Part shown: piece by piece, positions 10,489 through 21,418 of the stretch
How positions within the stretch are numbered: position 1 is the first letter of the stretch
How the letters are laid out: each line of letters opens with the position of its first letter
Assembly: GCF_000142905.1 (NCBI RefSeq)
Contig: NW_013657660.1
Coordinates: 210,056 to 274,055 of the forward strand
DNA: 64,000 nt
Direction: 5' to 3'
DNA from: Thecamonas trahens ATCC 50062
Lineage: Eukaryota > Protista > Apusomonadida
Made by a program: the position numbers and the translations under genes
Notes under the pieces: model-generated
Told to the model about the DNA's origin: nothing
The model's input: the letters and a program-made list of their open reading frames with translations, nothing else
Database searches by the model: none

Positions 10489-13475
10489 CTACGACTCGGG
10501 CTTGAGCTCGTTCTTGGCCTCGGCCTCGGCCTCGCCGTCAACTGCCGGCTTGTCCTCGCTGGCCCCGCCCGCGCTCGGTGGCGCGACGTAGTCGTCATCG
10601 TATCGGGTGTGGATGCGGAGGCCAGACTCTTTGGGCCGACGCTCGAGGACCGAGTCTGGAATGATGGCGGCCTCGGTCTCGTCCTTGTACAGCAGGAGAA
10701 CGCCATCGCGGAGGAGGAGCGGCGACTCGCCGACGACCAGCGCGTCCGACATGGCCCACTGCAGGTCGAGCACCGCGTCCTGCAGGTCGGCCTGCGAGGT
10801 GGCAATGAGCGGCTTGGCGACGCGGATCACGTCGAGGTCAAGACCCGAGATCGACGCAACCTGCGCCCGGAGCTCGCCCAGGCTCGCGCCCAGCGGAACA
10901 ACCATCTCGGTCTGGACTGGCTCGGCCGACCAGGTTGACGGCAGCCAGCGCTGGACTCGGACGACCACGAGGTCTTCGCTCGTCTTCGTCTCGACCGGTA
11001 CAACCTGCAGTGCGAGCGAGTGCCGGTCCTTGAGCGCCGGCAACGCGTCGGCAAGGGTCAGGTGGCCGAGGAGGACCGCGCCGGCACGGTGGTTGACCCG
11101 CTCGCGGAGTCGGGCGTGCATACCGCCGTCGACGACATCGCGGATGGCCGCAACGTGCATCGGGTGCGACGCCTCGAGTTGGCTCATGGCTGCGATGATG
11201 CGAGCGCGGAGGTCGTTGACCGTGATGCTGCGGTTGACAATGACCTCGACGAGGAGCGACGAGAAGCGGCGGGCCTCGCGGACGTCGCCGCGCGACGAGA
11301 GGCCGCCATCGCCACGTGAAGCGGCAGGCACAGCCGCGGCCGTATCGACCTCAGTCTGCGCCGGCGCCACCACCCGCGCGTAGTCAGAGTCGTACACAAA
11401 CACCCGGATTTTGTGCTCATCGATTTTCATCGGCGCGCCGAGGGCGACGTAGACGGCCGAGCCGTCAAAGATGCCGCAGGCCTCGAGGCTCGCCTCCTCG
11501 TCCTTGTACTCTTTCGAGAGCAGGTTTCGGCAGAGCTTGAACTCGTTGACGCCGAGGCCAAGGAGCGGCGCAATGCCCTCGGCCTTCAGCTGGGCGAGCG
11601 TCTTGCGGCGATCAAAGGTGACGACCTGGTCGTACTCGACCTGCGCGCCCGGCGGCGCGTCGGGAGCCAGCGGGAGGTTAAAGTTGACCTCGAGCAGGTT
11701 CTGCTCATACTCAAAGCGGCGGACAATGACCGAGTCGCCGGGCGTCGCCGGCAGCGGCTCGGCGTACACGCACGAGCCGTCGTCGAGCCCGTGGCGGCCG
11801 TAAACAGAGTCGTCCTCGCCATCACCCGCCGGCGAAGCGTCGAGAACCCGCGCGGTGCCGCGAGCGAGATCGATGGTCACCAGCTGGATGCTCCCCGCGT
11901 CAAGGTAGGGATACTGCTCCGCAAAGGCGGCCTTGAGCGCGGAGAGCGGAGCAGTCTTGGCAATCGGCAGCGGGCGGAGCGGAGTGAAAAAGTTGGTGGC
12001 GTAGTCGTTCTCCACAATGGCGCCGGTCGACTCCATGTCGGCGAGCGTGGCAGACTGGAGCGTGAGCGCGCCTGCGCCGTCGTCGGGGAACTCTTCGCCG
12101 GGACTGCGCACCTCAAGGAGGAGCGACTTGACAGCCGGGAAGAGAAGGTCCTGCAGGCTCGAGTCAAGCTCGCGGTCGTCGTACACGGCTCCGGGCGTCT
12201 TGGTGAACGGGTTGAAGGCGCGGAGGCGGACGAGGCTGCGATCGATGCTTGCGTCGACAGCGTCAAGCTCATCGAGCGCCTCGTCGAGCGCGGCCCGCAG
12301 CGTCCGCGTCGAGTGGACCCGCAGCATCGGCGACTCGTCGCCACAGTACACCCGCAGCTTGAGCATGTTCTTCTCGTGCTCGACCTTGGCGCGATGCTCG
12401 CGGTAGGCGGCGTTTTCGGTGGCGGTGTCGGCGAGGCAGAACTCCGGGATGGCGCTCGCTGGAACGTCAGCCATGTTGCGGGCCTCGTCAACCCGCCGGT
12501 ACATGAGCATGTAAGCGGTGGCCGGCGACTCTTCCGAGCCGCCGGGCGTGACCTGCTCGACCTCGGCGATGGCGTCTTCCAGGCCGACCGCCGCGAGCAT
12601 CTCGGGAGTGGCGGGCGAGACCTTGGAGTCGTTAAAATTGAACCACGCGCCGAGCGCAAACGAGTATACGTACGCGTAGTAGTGGCCGCCCATGGCGCCA
12701 CCGGCGTGGATCATGATGGAGAACAGCTGGTAGCGGACCGGCGCTGAGGCGCCCGTCGCGAGGAACGGCGCCATGTCCAGAAACTGCGGAAAGGTGACAA
12801 AGTCGTGGACCTTGACCCGCGACATGGTCATGTAGTCAAAGTCAAAGCGGGCGAGCTGGAGCGAGAGCAGATACGGCAGCTTCTTGATCGACATGCCCTT
12901 GAGTGCATCAACCTTGGCATTGCATCCCGAGCACTGGTACTGGTTGTCGCCCTCGAGCCGTTCGGGCTCGACAAACGCCGCGAGGCCGTCGGTGATGCTC
13001 GCCAGGCCGCGGATCGGGACCTGGATGTCCTGGAACGTGTCGTTGCGCTCCGACACATACGGGCACGCCTGGCAGTCGATGTACCCGGTCATGATGCCCT
13101 CGTACAGCGTGGTGACCAGCGCGGCTGCCGACTCGGGTGCGTCGCCTTGCTCCGGCCCCTCGGCTCCGGCAAACAGCATCCGATGCAGAAACGACTTGTC
13201 GAGCGCCTCAAACAAGACTCGGCAGAGCTCCTGCACATCGTGCTGCTCAAAGGCCTCGTTGCCAAACCACCCGAATGAGCGGGTCAGCGCCCGAGTGCCC
13301 ACAGCCTCGCTCTCCATCAGATCAAGCCTGCCAAACAACTTCTGCAGCTGATACGGGATGCACGACTCGGTCTCGCCATCTGCCTCGGCGTCATAGCTCC
13401 ACGAGTACAGCTTGGCCTTGAACTCGGGCGTCATGAACAGTGTCTGCAGCAGCGAGTTCATGTAGCATGTCGCGC
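10489..13475 (-). CDS. Ubiquitin-specific protease, USP47/USP40-like (main exon; 5' exon(s) hidden by the gap at 13600-13699)
   Basis: Cys box GATCYMNSLLQTLFMTPEF, QHDVQELCRVLFEAL, His box IMIHAGGAMGGHYYAY, WFNFNDSKV and AYMLMYRR, with ubiquitin-like segments after. A CAG acceptor lies at 13476-13478. Confidence 0.88.
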
Positions 13476-13599
13476 CTGGAGCAATGGAACGGTGGTGAGT
13501 CGCATTGGAAGGCAGGGCGGAGGGGGGAGGGGGAGGGGGGGGGTGGGGGGAGGGGGAGGGAGGAGGAGGAGGGACGGAGGGTACGTTCGGTTGGGTCGG

Positions 13600-13699
13600 N
13601 NNNNNNNNNNNNNNNNNNNNNNNNNNNNNNNNNNNNNNNNNNNNNNNNNNNNNNNNNNNNNNNNNNNNNNNNNNNNNNNNNNNNNNNNNNNNNNNNNNN
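13600..13699. other. Assembly gap (others at 21019-21118, 43033-43264, 53627-53726 and 60726-60825)
   Basis: Runs of N. Four of the five are flanked by long G- or C-homopolymer-rich tracts. Confidence 0.99.
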
Positions 13700-14139
13700 C
13701 GGGAAGGGGGGATGGGGGGGGGGAGGAATAAGAAGGTGCGAATCACATAAGGGCTTTTTACAAGCGATCGAATGTCCCGATCAAGGTGGTCTCGGCAGCT
13801 AGGCCACGCATGCGCCATTCGCCCCGCCCCCGCCCCATCGGTCGCTGGGTCGTCGGCTGGTTGCCAGAGAACAATGCGGTTTCGGACTGGCGGAGGCAAG
13901 GATGGCCACGGGTTGCACAAGGGATGGGGAGGCAGAGGCAGATAATAACCTCATGCACGAGATTCCGTCAACTTCCATGAGTGCATGCCCATGTCACGTG
14001 GTCTGGAGACATTGGCTGTCGCCATCCCCCGCAGGCTGGCCACAAAAGAGTGCGAAGCAACAGAAGAACCGCTGCCCGCCAGGTGGCGACACCCCACTAC
14101 AGACCCCACACGTACACGCACACGTACACACACGCAATC

Positions 14140-14640
14140 ATGTCCCAGACTACCGTGACGATGAAGGGCAACCCGGTGCCGCTCACCGGGAGCCTCCCCG
14201 CTGTCGGCGACAAGGCGCCCGAGTACACGCTGGTGGGCACCAACCTGGCGCCGGTCACCCCGCCTGCCGGCAAGACCGTCATCTCGGTCTTCCCCTCGGT
14301 GGACACGCCGACGTGCGCGGCCTCGGTGCGCCGCTTCAACCAGGAGGCTTCGTCGCGCGAGGGCGTCACCGTGCTCTGCGTCTCCAAGGATCTGCCGTTT
14401 GCCATGGCCCGCTTCTGCGGCGCCGAGGGCCTCGACAACGTTGTCTGCGGCTCGGCCTTCCGTTCCGACTTTGGCCACGCGTACGGCCTCGACTTTGCCG
14501 CCGGCCCGCTCGAGGGCCTCCTCGCTCGCGCCATCGTCGTCGTCGATGCCGATGGCAACGTCGTCCACACCGAGCTTGTCCCCGAGGTCGGCGATGAGCC
14601 TGACTACGCCGCAGCCCTCGCCGCCGTTGATGCCCTCTAG
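14140..14640 (+). CDS. tpx: Thiol peroxidase (bacterial Tpx-type atypical 2-Cys peroxiredoxin)
   Basis: VTMKGNPVPLTGSLPAVGDKAP, ISVFPSVDTPTCAASVRRFN, VSKDLPFAMARFCGAEG, GLLARAIVVVD and ELVPEVGDEPDY. Intronless. Confidence 0.93.
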   Translation: MSQTTVTMKGNPVPLTGSLPAVGDKAPEYTLVGTNLAPVTPPAGKTVISVFPSVDTPTCAASVRRFNQEASSREGVTVLCVSKDLPFAMARFCGAEGLDNVVCGSAFRSDFGHAYGLDFAAGPLEGLLARAIVVVDADGNVVHTELVPEVGDEPDYAAALAAVDAL

Positions 14641-14957
14641 GTCTGTTGATCGTGCTGATGGTGGTGGGTGTGACGGGGGGGCTCGGCTCACCCGCAACCT
14701 GCTCTCCACCCTGAAGCACAGCCTTCGACATGATCTTCACAAGAGATAGAGATGTTTGACCGCCCACGCGCCTCCCTCCCCTCCTCCAATGCTCTCACCA
14801 TTTGTCACCCACCCCGCTGACTGCCACACTACCTGCCCACTGGTAGGCGCAGCCTTGTGTGACGATCGCTCCTGAGCGCAGGCGGTGCATTATCGTCAGC
14901 TAAACTGTTTCGCATCGGCTCCCTGCCTCCTCCCACCCCTCTCTCCCTCCGCCCATC

Positions 14958-17682
14958 ATGGACGACGAGTTCGGGTTCGTCATGACGGTCACATCCGGCA
15001 GCACAGTGCCCAAGTCTGCCTCCCACTCAGACTCGGGCTCTGCCTCGGCCTCCGAGCCCGACGACCTGCACTTTGCCGACGACTTTTCCATGGATGCCCT
15101 TGCCGGTGCCGCCGAGCTTGGCACTGCCCGTCCCCGGGGTCCGAACCTGGCCACCCGCCTAGTCGAGGACAACTCGCGGGCCGCAAACGTACGCCTCCTC
15201 ACGCCCTTCCTCGCGCCTTCCGCCTGACCCTGCTCCCCATTAACCCCTCTCCCCCCCCCACCCCCCCACACCCCCCCGCGAACCCCCTCTCCCCCCCCCC
15301 TTCCCCTCTCCCCCTCCCCTCACCGCCCGCCCGGGATGGGAGATGGATGGATGGACCAGAGACTCACCCCCCCCCCCACCCGCCACCCCCACCCCAACCC
15401 ACCCTTTCCATCCCACACAGATGCTCAAGGTCATGGACCAGCGGATCGAAAAGCACCGCGACATGCTCAAGGAAGAGGGTGACATCCTCACCGCGTCGTC
15501 ATCGAGCTCGTCGTCGTCGTCATCGAGCTCGTCGTCGTCGTCATCGAGCTCCGGCTCCGGCTCGGACTCGGACTCCAAGGCGCAGGCCCGGTCCGGGGCC
15601 AAGTCGCGTGGACCGCCGGTGGCAGAAGAGGTCCAGTCACAGGTGGTCAACGTGGAGGATGATCTTCAGGAGGAGATGCGCGGGGCGTCGAACAAGGCCG
15701 AAGCCGATGCGTACTTTGAGCGGGATGCGACGCAGACCATGGAGTTGGCCACCGAGTTCGCCATGCTCAACCTCTCGCGGCCGATTCTGCGGGCGCTCAA
15801 CGACAAGGGCTTTGTGCGTCCGTTCCCCATCCAGTCGCGCGTCGTTCCTGTGGCGCTGGCCGGGCGCGACGTGTGCGCGTCTGCAGTGACAGGCTCAGGC
15901 AAGACCGCTGCGTTTGTGCTTCCGGTGCTGGAGCGACTGCTGTTCCGCCCGCGGCACATGGCCGTCACGCGGGTCCTCATCCTGGTTCCCACCCGTGAGC
16001 TCGCCATCCAGTGTTACTCGGTCATCGAGGACTTGTCGCTGTACATGGACATCGAGCTGGCGCTTGTCGTTGGTGGCTTCTCCATGTCTGAGCAGCAGAC
16101 CAAGCTCCGCGCCTCGCCCGACATTGTCGTCGCCACACCTGGTCGGCTCATCGACCACATCGAGAACACGGCCTCGTTCTCGCTGGAGGACATCGAGATC
16201 CTCATCATGGACGAGGCCGATCGCCTCCTTGACGAGGGTTTCGAGGACGAGCTGGACTACATTGTCCGTGCCTCGCCCAAGGCGCGTCAGACGCTCCTGT
16301 TTTCGGCCACCATGACCGAAGACGTCACCCGCCTCATCAAGGTCGCCCTCAACAAGCCCGTCCGCATCTCGGCCGACGCCGCCTTTAACATGGCCGACAA
16401 CCTCCGCCAGGAGTTTATCCGCATCCGCCCGCAGCGCGAAGGTGACCGCGAGGCCATTGTCGTTGCCCTCGCCAAGCGCAACTTTACCGAGAAGACCGTC
16501 ATCTTCATCCGCTCCAAGCGTGGAGCCCACCGGCTCCGCATCATCTTTGGCCTCCTCGGCATGCCCGCCGCCGAGCTCCACGGCAACCTCTCGCAGGCCC
16601 AGCGTGTCGCTGCCCTCGAGGCCTTCCGCAACTCGGAGGTCAAGTACCTCATTGCCACCGACGTCGCCTCGCGCGGCCTCGACATCACCGGCGTCGAGTC
16701 AGTCATCAACATGACCATGCCCTCCTCCGTCCGCACTTACGTCCACCGCGTCGGCCGTACTGCACGTGCTGGCAAGAACGGTTGCGCCGTTACCCTCACC
16801 GCAGACGCCCGCCGCGACGTCCTCCGCAAGGTCATGAAGCTCTCCAAGCGCAAGTCGGCCAAGCGCCACATCCCACCCGAGGTCGTCATTTACTGGCGCT
16901 CAAAGATCGACGCCCTCGGCGACACCATCAAGGCCATCCTCGACGAAGAGTCGTACGAAAAGTCGCTGCGCAAGGCAAACATGGAGCTCAAGAAGGCCAC
17001 CAACATGATCGAGCACGCCGACGAGATCGCCTCGCGCCCCGCAAAGACCTGGTTCCAGTCCAAGGCCGACAAGGCCGAGGCTGCCACTGCCTCGCTCGCT
17101 AACTACCTCGCAGAGGTCAAGGGCGAGGATGACAAGGATACCCAGGCCGTCGTCTCGCGCCGCAAGCGCAAGAAGATGGAGCGCGCAGCTGAGGATGGCG
17201 AGGCCGTCGAGCTCTCCTCCCGCGCCCTCAAGCGCCGCAAGCTCCACAAGTATGCAGGCATGTCGCGCCGCCAGCGCCGCTCCGCCCAGGCCCGCGAGGA
17301 GATGGAGCGCGACGGCAAGGCCGGCACCGTCCAGGTCGCCATGAAGGCTTCCAAGCGCCGCGTCCGCAACGCCATCAAGCGCGACCAGGTCGGTCAGGCC
17401 ACAGCCTCCGACCGCGAGCTCATCGACCCGCGCGCCCGCCGCGCCGCAAAGAAGGCCGCCCGCAAGAAGGCCGACGAAAAGGCGAAGCGGAAGAAGGCCA
17501 AGAAGGCCGCTGCCGCCTCGGCCGCCGCCTCCGACAAGCCCGCCATGACCACCACCGAGGCCCTCACCAACGTCGACAAGGCAAAGTCCATGCGCGCCCC
17601 GGATCAGCCGCCCAAGTCCAAGTTCAAGCCCAACTCGAAGCCCAAGTCGTGGGCCAAGAACTCCCGCAACAAGGGCCGGTAA
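14958..17682 (+). CDS. DDX27: DEAD-box RNA helicase DRS1/DDX27 (intron 15189-15420)
   Basis: Q-motif, AVTGSGKTAAF, PTRELA, DEADRLL, SAT, QEFIRIR, YVHRVGRTARAG and RPAKTWFQS, with a basic tail. A phase-0 GTACGC...CACAG intron joins the exons. Confidence 0.9.
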
Positions 17683-17724
17683 ACGCTCACGAGTCACAAC
17701 TCCCTGCTCGGCTCTGTCCTCGTC

Positions 17725-20700
17725 TTACTGTGTCTTTTTGGCTGGCATCGGATGGATGCGCCCGCGAGGGCCCGACGGCGACGCCGGCCCGGCCTGGTGC
17801 GTCCCAACCTTGGCGCCCACCGTCCGCTTGAGATGGGCCGAGTAGAAAAAGTACGAGGCAATGAGAATGACGAGCGAGAGGCCCACAATCGAGAACACAA
17901 TCGTGAGCGGCGCCCACGACGGGAGCGGCTCGCCAAACACGTCGGCCCCAAACTGCGCTGTCAGATTGCAGTACGAGTACGCCGGCTCGACAACACGGAC
18001 CTCAAAGACAAACATGCCACCGAGCTCGCCGGTGAACCGGATGCCGTTGAACGAGCTGTCGAAAATCTGGTATGGCTCCGACGACGAGACTGAGCCCGGC
18101 CCGCCCGCCCGCGCAGGATCAAAACACTTGACATGGTCCTGAGGCAGCCAGGCCTCGCTCGGCGCCCGCTCTGGAAACTGCGCCCGCGCCTGGCTCCACG
18201 TCCGCGGCGGTGCGTTGCATCCGGCGTCAGACACCTTGGCCGCGTAGCCCCAGTCCTTACGCCCGTTGACCTCGCGGATGATAAACTCGCCAGGCACGCT
18301 CTCCACAAACTCGTCGCCGTCGTACAGCTCGAGTACCGGTCGGAACGCATCGGTCCCGTAGTACAACTCGAACGGACACCCGAGCTTCTCAAAGTCGTAC
18401 GCAAGGACCAGGCTCCGCCCGTCGACAGTCGACTTGGAGTCGACCCGATACGTCATCGAGGCCGAACACGACGTCGGAAGGCCGCGAATCCGGATGTGCC
18501 GGTTTGGCGGACAACCCACCCTCACAATCGAGGACATCTGCGACGCGGAACATGCCGTCGGCGTCGCGTCCGACGCTGTCACCACCACAGTGCCCTGGTC
18601 CGCTCGTCCCACCACACCCTTGCCCTCGGCCGCCGCGCTAGGGGCCTCGGTCACCTTGAATGTCGCCGCGGCCTGCTGCCGGACCTGCAAGAGGTCGGCG
18701 CGGAGGACCGAGAATGAAGGCTCGCCCACAGACTTGACCACCAGCGACCGCCCGGCGTCGACATACTCGATGCCGGCAACGTCGTTCTGCGAGAGCGCAG
18801 GCACCGAGCAGGTGGCAGGTGGCAGTGGCTCCGGCGGCGAACTCGTCGCATACGTCCTGGCCATCGCTTCCACCGCCAGCACCTTCTTGCCCACATATGG
18901 CGCCGCACTGGCAACGTCGAACACCGTCATCCGCGGCGCGCCGAGTGCGCCAAAACTTGTCTCCACCAGCGGCGACCGCCACGAGTTGACGTAGATGCCC
19001 CGGGTGAGTGCTCCGCCTGCAGGCACAGCCAGTGGCCACGCGCCGAGCGCTGCCGTCTGCGTCGACGACGAGAGCCCCATCAGCAGCGCGCCCGAAGACA
19101 TGACCGCCACGTACGCGCCCGACGCTGCTGCGCCCACCTGGCTCGAGCCCGAGCCAGAGAGCGGAACAAAGCTCGAGCCACACCCGAGCAACACGTACAG
19201 TCCTCCCGGCGAGACCGTCGCCACCCCGTAGCCGTCGCCCGGGGCGTACATCCGGACCGGTTCGGCGAGGACCGGGAGCACGGACTCTCGGCTCCACGCC
19301 GGCTCAAAGGTGAGCACCGTCTGCATTCTGAGTGAGATCACTGTAAACGATGCTGGCGAGCTTGATGGCGTCGTGATGGCCACCATCGCCAGCAATGTGG
19401 CGCAGTTGGGCGCCACGATCAGGTCGACGATGCGGACCGAGGTGAGGTCGGGCGCGAGCTGTGCGGCAGAAATGTTGAGTCCGATGTGGACAAACGTCCG
19501 CCCCGAGTCAACAGAGAGGTACACCGCGGCGTCGACCGGATTGGCCACTCCGCTGTGGCTGTATGCGACCACCAGCGGTCCCATAGCCGAATCGTATGAG
19601 GCCGGCGCCGCCAGCGCGTCAGTGACACCGGCAGGGAGGCCCGATGACGCCTGCCAGCGCATCATCTCGCTGCCGCGCCGCGCGTCAAGGAGCACCGCTC
19701 CGCCCGTGTCGGTCAGCGCGACTGCCAGTGCCTCGCCGCTGGTCCACACAAGGTCGCGAAGCGCTGCGCATCCGGTGCAGCCGAGCTGAAGAAGCGCCGT
19801 GGTCTCGAGCCCGTCGTGGCTGTAGAGTACGCTGTCAACACTCGAGCCACTCACAGACGTCGGAAGAAGGAGCAGGTGCCGCGGGTCCGACGGATGTGGC
19901 ATGGTGCGAAAGGTACCGTCGGTCCGCGTCGGCCACGTCAATGCCGCGCCGGTGATGTCAGTCGCTGCGCCCGCGGCCACCAGCGCCGCCGGCGAGAGCT
20001 GACCGACCGACAACTCGAGCACCGCGTCCGCCACCGAGCAGCCCATGAGCCTCACCCCGAGGGAGTAAAGGCCGAGGACGACACGAGTGGGCTCGTTGAG
20101 CCCCCGCGGAGCCGCGCCAGGCTCCCAACTCGCGCTCACTGCCGCCCGCCACACCTGCGCGCTCGCATCAAACTCGGCCTCGCCACCGTTGGCCAGCGCA
20201 AGAACAACTCGGTTGGTCCGCCGCGACTCGAGCAGAGCCAGGCGCGGGGTCTCGCCCACTCCCACGACGGCCGCAGGCGACAGCGCCTCGGCAACCGCCG
20301 CAGTTCCGGCGTCAAACACCGCCGATCGCGGCAGCTGTGCCAGCGAGATGTTGACCGTGAGCTCCACCGCGCCGCTGGCATCTGTGGTGCCGAGGACCGA
20401 CGAGAGTGCGGCGCGCGCGCTGCCCACCGGTGACCACACAAAGCACGCCGATGGCAGCGGCGAGATTGGGAGCGCCAGCGGCGCGCCGTCCACCACAACC
20501 GCACCGAGCGGTGCATCATCGCGACAGACAACCGACACGTTTGTGGCGACCATCTCCGATGCCGCCGGCGAGTGTGCGAGTGCGCAGCCCTGGCGAGCGA
20601 CCGTCACATTGATAGCCGCGCCAGATGCCACCGAGAGCGAGAACGGGATGTGTGCAGCGAGGACAGCCGGGCGTAGCGGCGTGTCGATGACCAGATCTTC

Positions 20701-20856
20701 ACCCGACGGTAGCGTAACCGCCGCTGCCTCACCCATCGACACAGCGACGACGACGAGGACGACGACCAGGATGAGTGCGAGTGGGCTGGCATGGGCGCTG
20801 TGGGTGTGGGAGAGGGCACAGCGGGTGGTTCGCGGGGTGGGGATGGGGGTTGCCAT
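17725..20856 (-). CDS. CatSper auxiliary subunit epsilon/delta-like single-pass membrane protein (about 1043 aa)
   Basis: N-terminal hydrophobic signal, large beta-rich ectodomain, then VRVGCPPNRHIRI, LGCPFELYY..FRPVLELYDGDEFVESVPGEFIIREVNGRKDWGY, PYQIFDSS, FVFEVRVVEPAYSYCNLTAQFG and one TM helix. This matches the CATSPERE/D C-terminal pattern as I recall it. Confidence 0.78.
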   Translation of the reverse strand: MATPIPTPRTTRCALSHTHSAHASPLALILVVVLVVVAVSMGEAAAVTLPSGEDLVIDTPLRPAVLAAHIPFSLSVASGAAINVTVARQGCALAHSPAASEMVATNVSVVCRDDAPLGAVVVDGAPLALPISPLPSACFVWSPVGSARAALSSVLGTTDASGAVELTVNISLAQLPRSAVFDAGTAAVAEALSPAAVVGVGETPRLALLESRRTNRVVLALANGGEAEFDASAQVWRAAVSASWEPGAAPRGLNEPTRVVLGLYSLGVRLMGCSVADAVLELSVGQLSPAALVAAGAATDITGAALTWPTRTDGTFRTMPHPSDPRHLLLLPTSVSGSSVDSVLYSHDGLETTALLQLGCTGCAALRDLVWTSGEALAVALTDTGGAVLLDARRGSEMMRWQASSGLPAGVTDALAAPASYDSAMGPLVVAYSHSGVANPVDAAVYLSVDSGRTFVHIGLNISAAQLAPDLTSVRIVDLIVAPNCATLLAMVAITTPSSSPASFTVISLRMQTVLTFEPAWSRESVLPVLAEPVRMYAPGDGYGVATVSPGGLYVLLGCGSSFVPLSGSGSSQVGAAASGAYVAVMSSGALLMGLSSSTQTAALGAWPLAVPAGGALTRGIYVNSWRSPLVETSFGALGAPRMTVFDVASAAPYVGKKVLAVEAMARTYATSSPPEPLPPATCSVPALSQNDVAGIEYVDAGRSLVVKSVGEPSFSVLRADLLQVRQQAAATFKVTEAPSAAAEGKGVVGRADQGTVVVTASDATPTACSASQMSSIVRVGCPPNRHIRIRGLPTSCSASMTYRVDSKSTVDGRSLVLAYDFEKLGCPFELYYGTDAFRPVLELYDGDEFVESVPGEFIIREVNGRKDWGYAAKVSDAGCNAPPRTWSQARAQFPERAPSEAWLPQDHVKCFDPARAGGPGSVSSSEPYQIFDSSFNGIRFTGELGGMFVFEVRVVEPAYSYCNLTAQFGADVFGEPLPSWAPLTIVFSIVGLSLVILIASYFFYSAHLKRTVGAKVGTHQAGPASPSGPRGRIHPMPAKKTQ

Positions 20857-21418
20857 GGTGAGGGAATGGGCTGGCAGGAGGTGAGTTGGTATGGGGTGGA
20901 GGGTGGGGGTGGAGGGGGGTGGACGGGTGGCGGGGTGGGGTGGTCCACGCCAACCTCGGTGCGTCACCCTCGGTGGCTTGCCTGGCCCTCTGCCTCGCCC
21001 GGGAGGGGGGGGGGGGGANNNNNNNNNNNNNNNNNNNNNNNNNNNNNNNNNNNNNNNNNNNNNNNNNNNNNNNNNNNNNNNNNNNNNNNNNNNNNNNNNN
21101 NNNNNNNNNNNNNNNNNNCTGTGGACGTTGCGGGCCAAAGTGATCGGAGGCACTCCCTCTCCCTCCCTCTCTCTCCCTCCCCCTCCCCCCCCCTGGCACA
21201 CCACCTGTTCCTGGATGTCAGCACGGGATACACCACAGCCGCACGCAGGGGAGAGACATATAGGGAGGTGGTGCAGGTGCCTGAGGGGCGTGGGAATGGC
21301 TGCGGTGGGTCCTCTGTGCCCGGACACAGCCTCGCCCCCTACACACGCCTGCCCAGCTGCTGCCACCTTGCCCGCTCGCTCGGCGCCGACTCACCCAAAA
21401 ATTGCGGCGAGGAACGCA

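Noticed and set aside
15495-15580. Poly-Ser/GS tandem repeats (also 1285-1345 and 37540-37575)
   Set aside because: These are ordinary low-complexity coding linkers.
20791-21366. Overlapping opposite-strand ORFs of the CatSper-like and DYRK genes
   Set aside because: Both are read-throughs of an N gap of unknown true length and of G-rich non-coding tracts.
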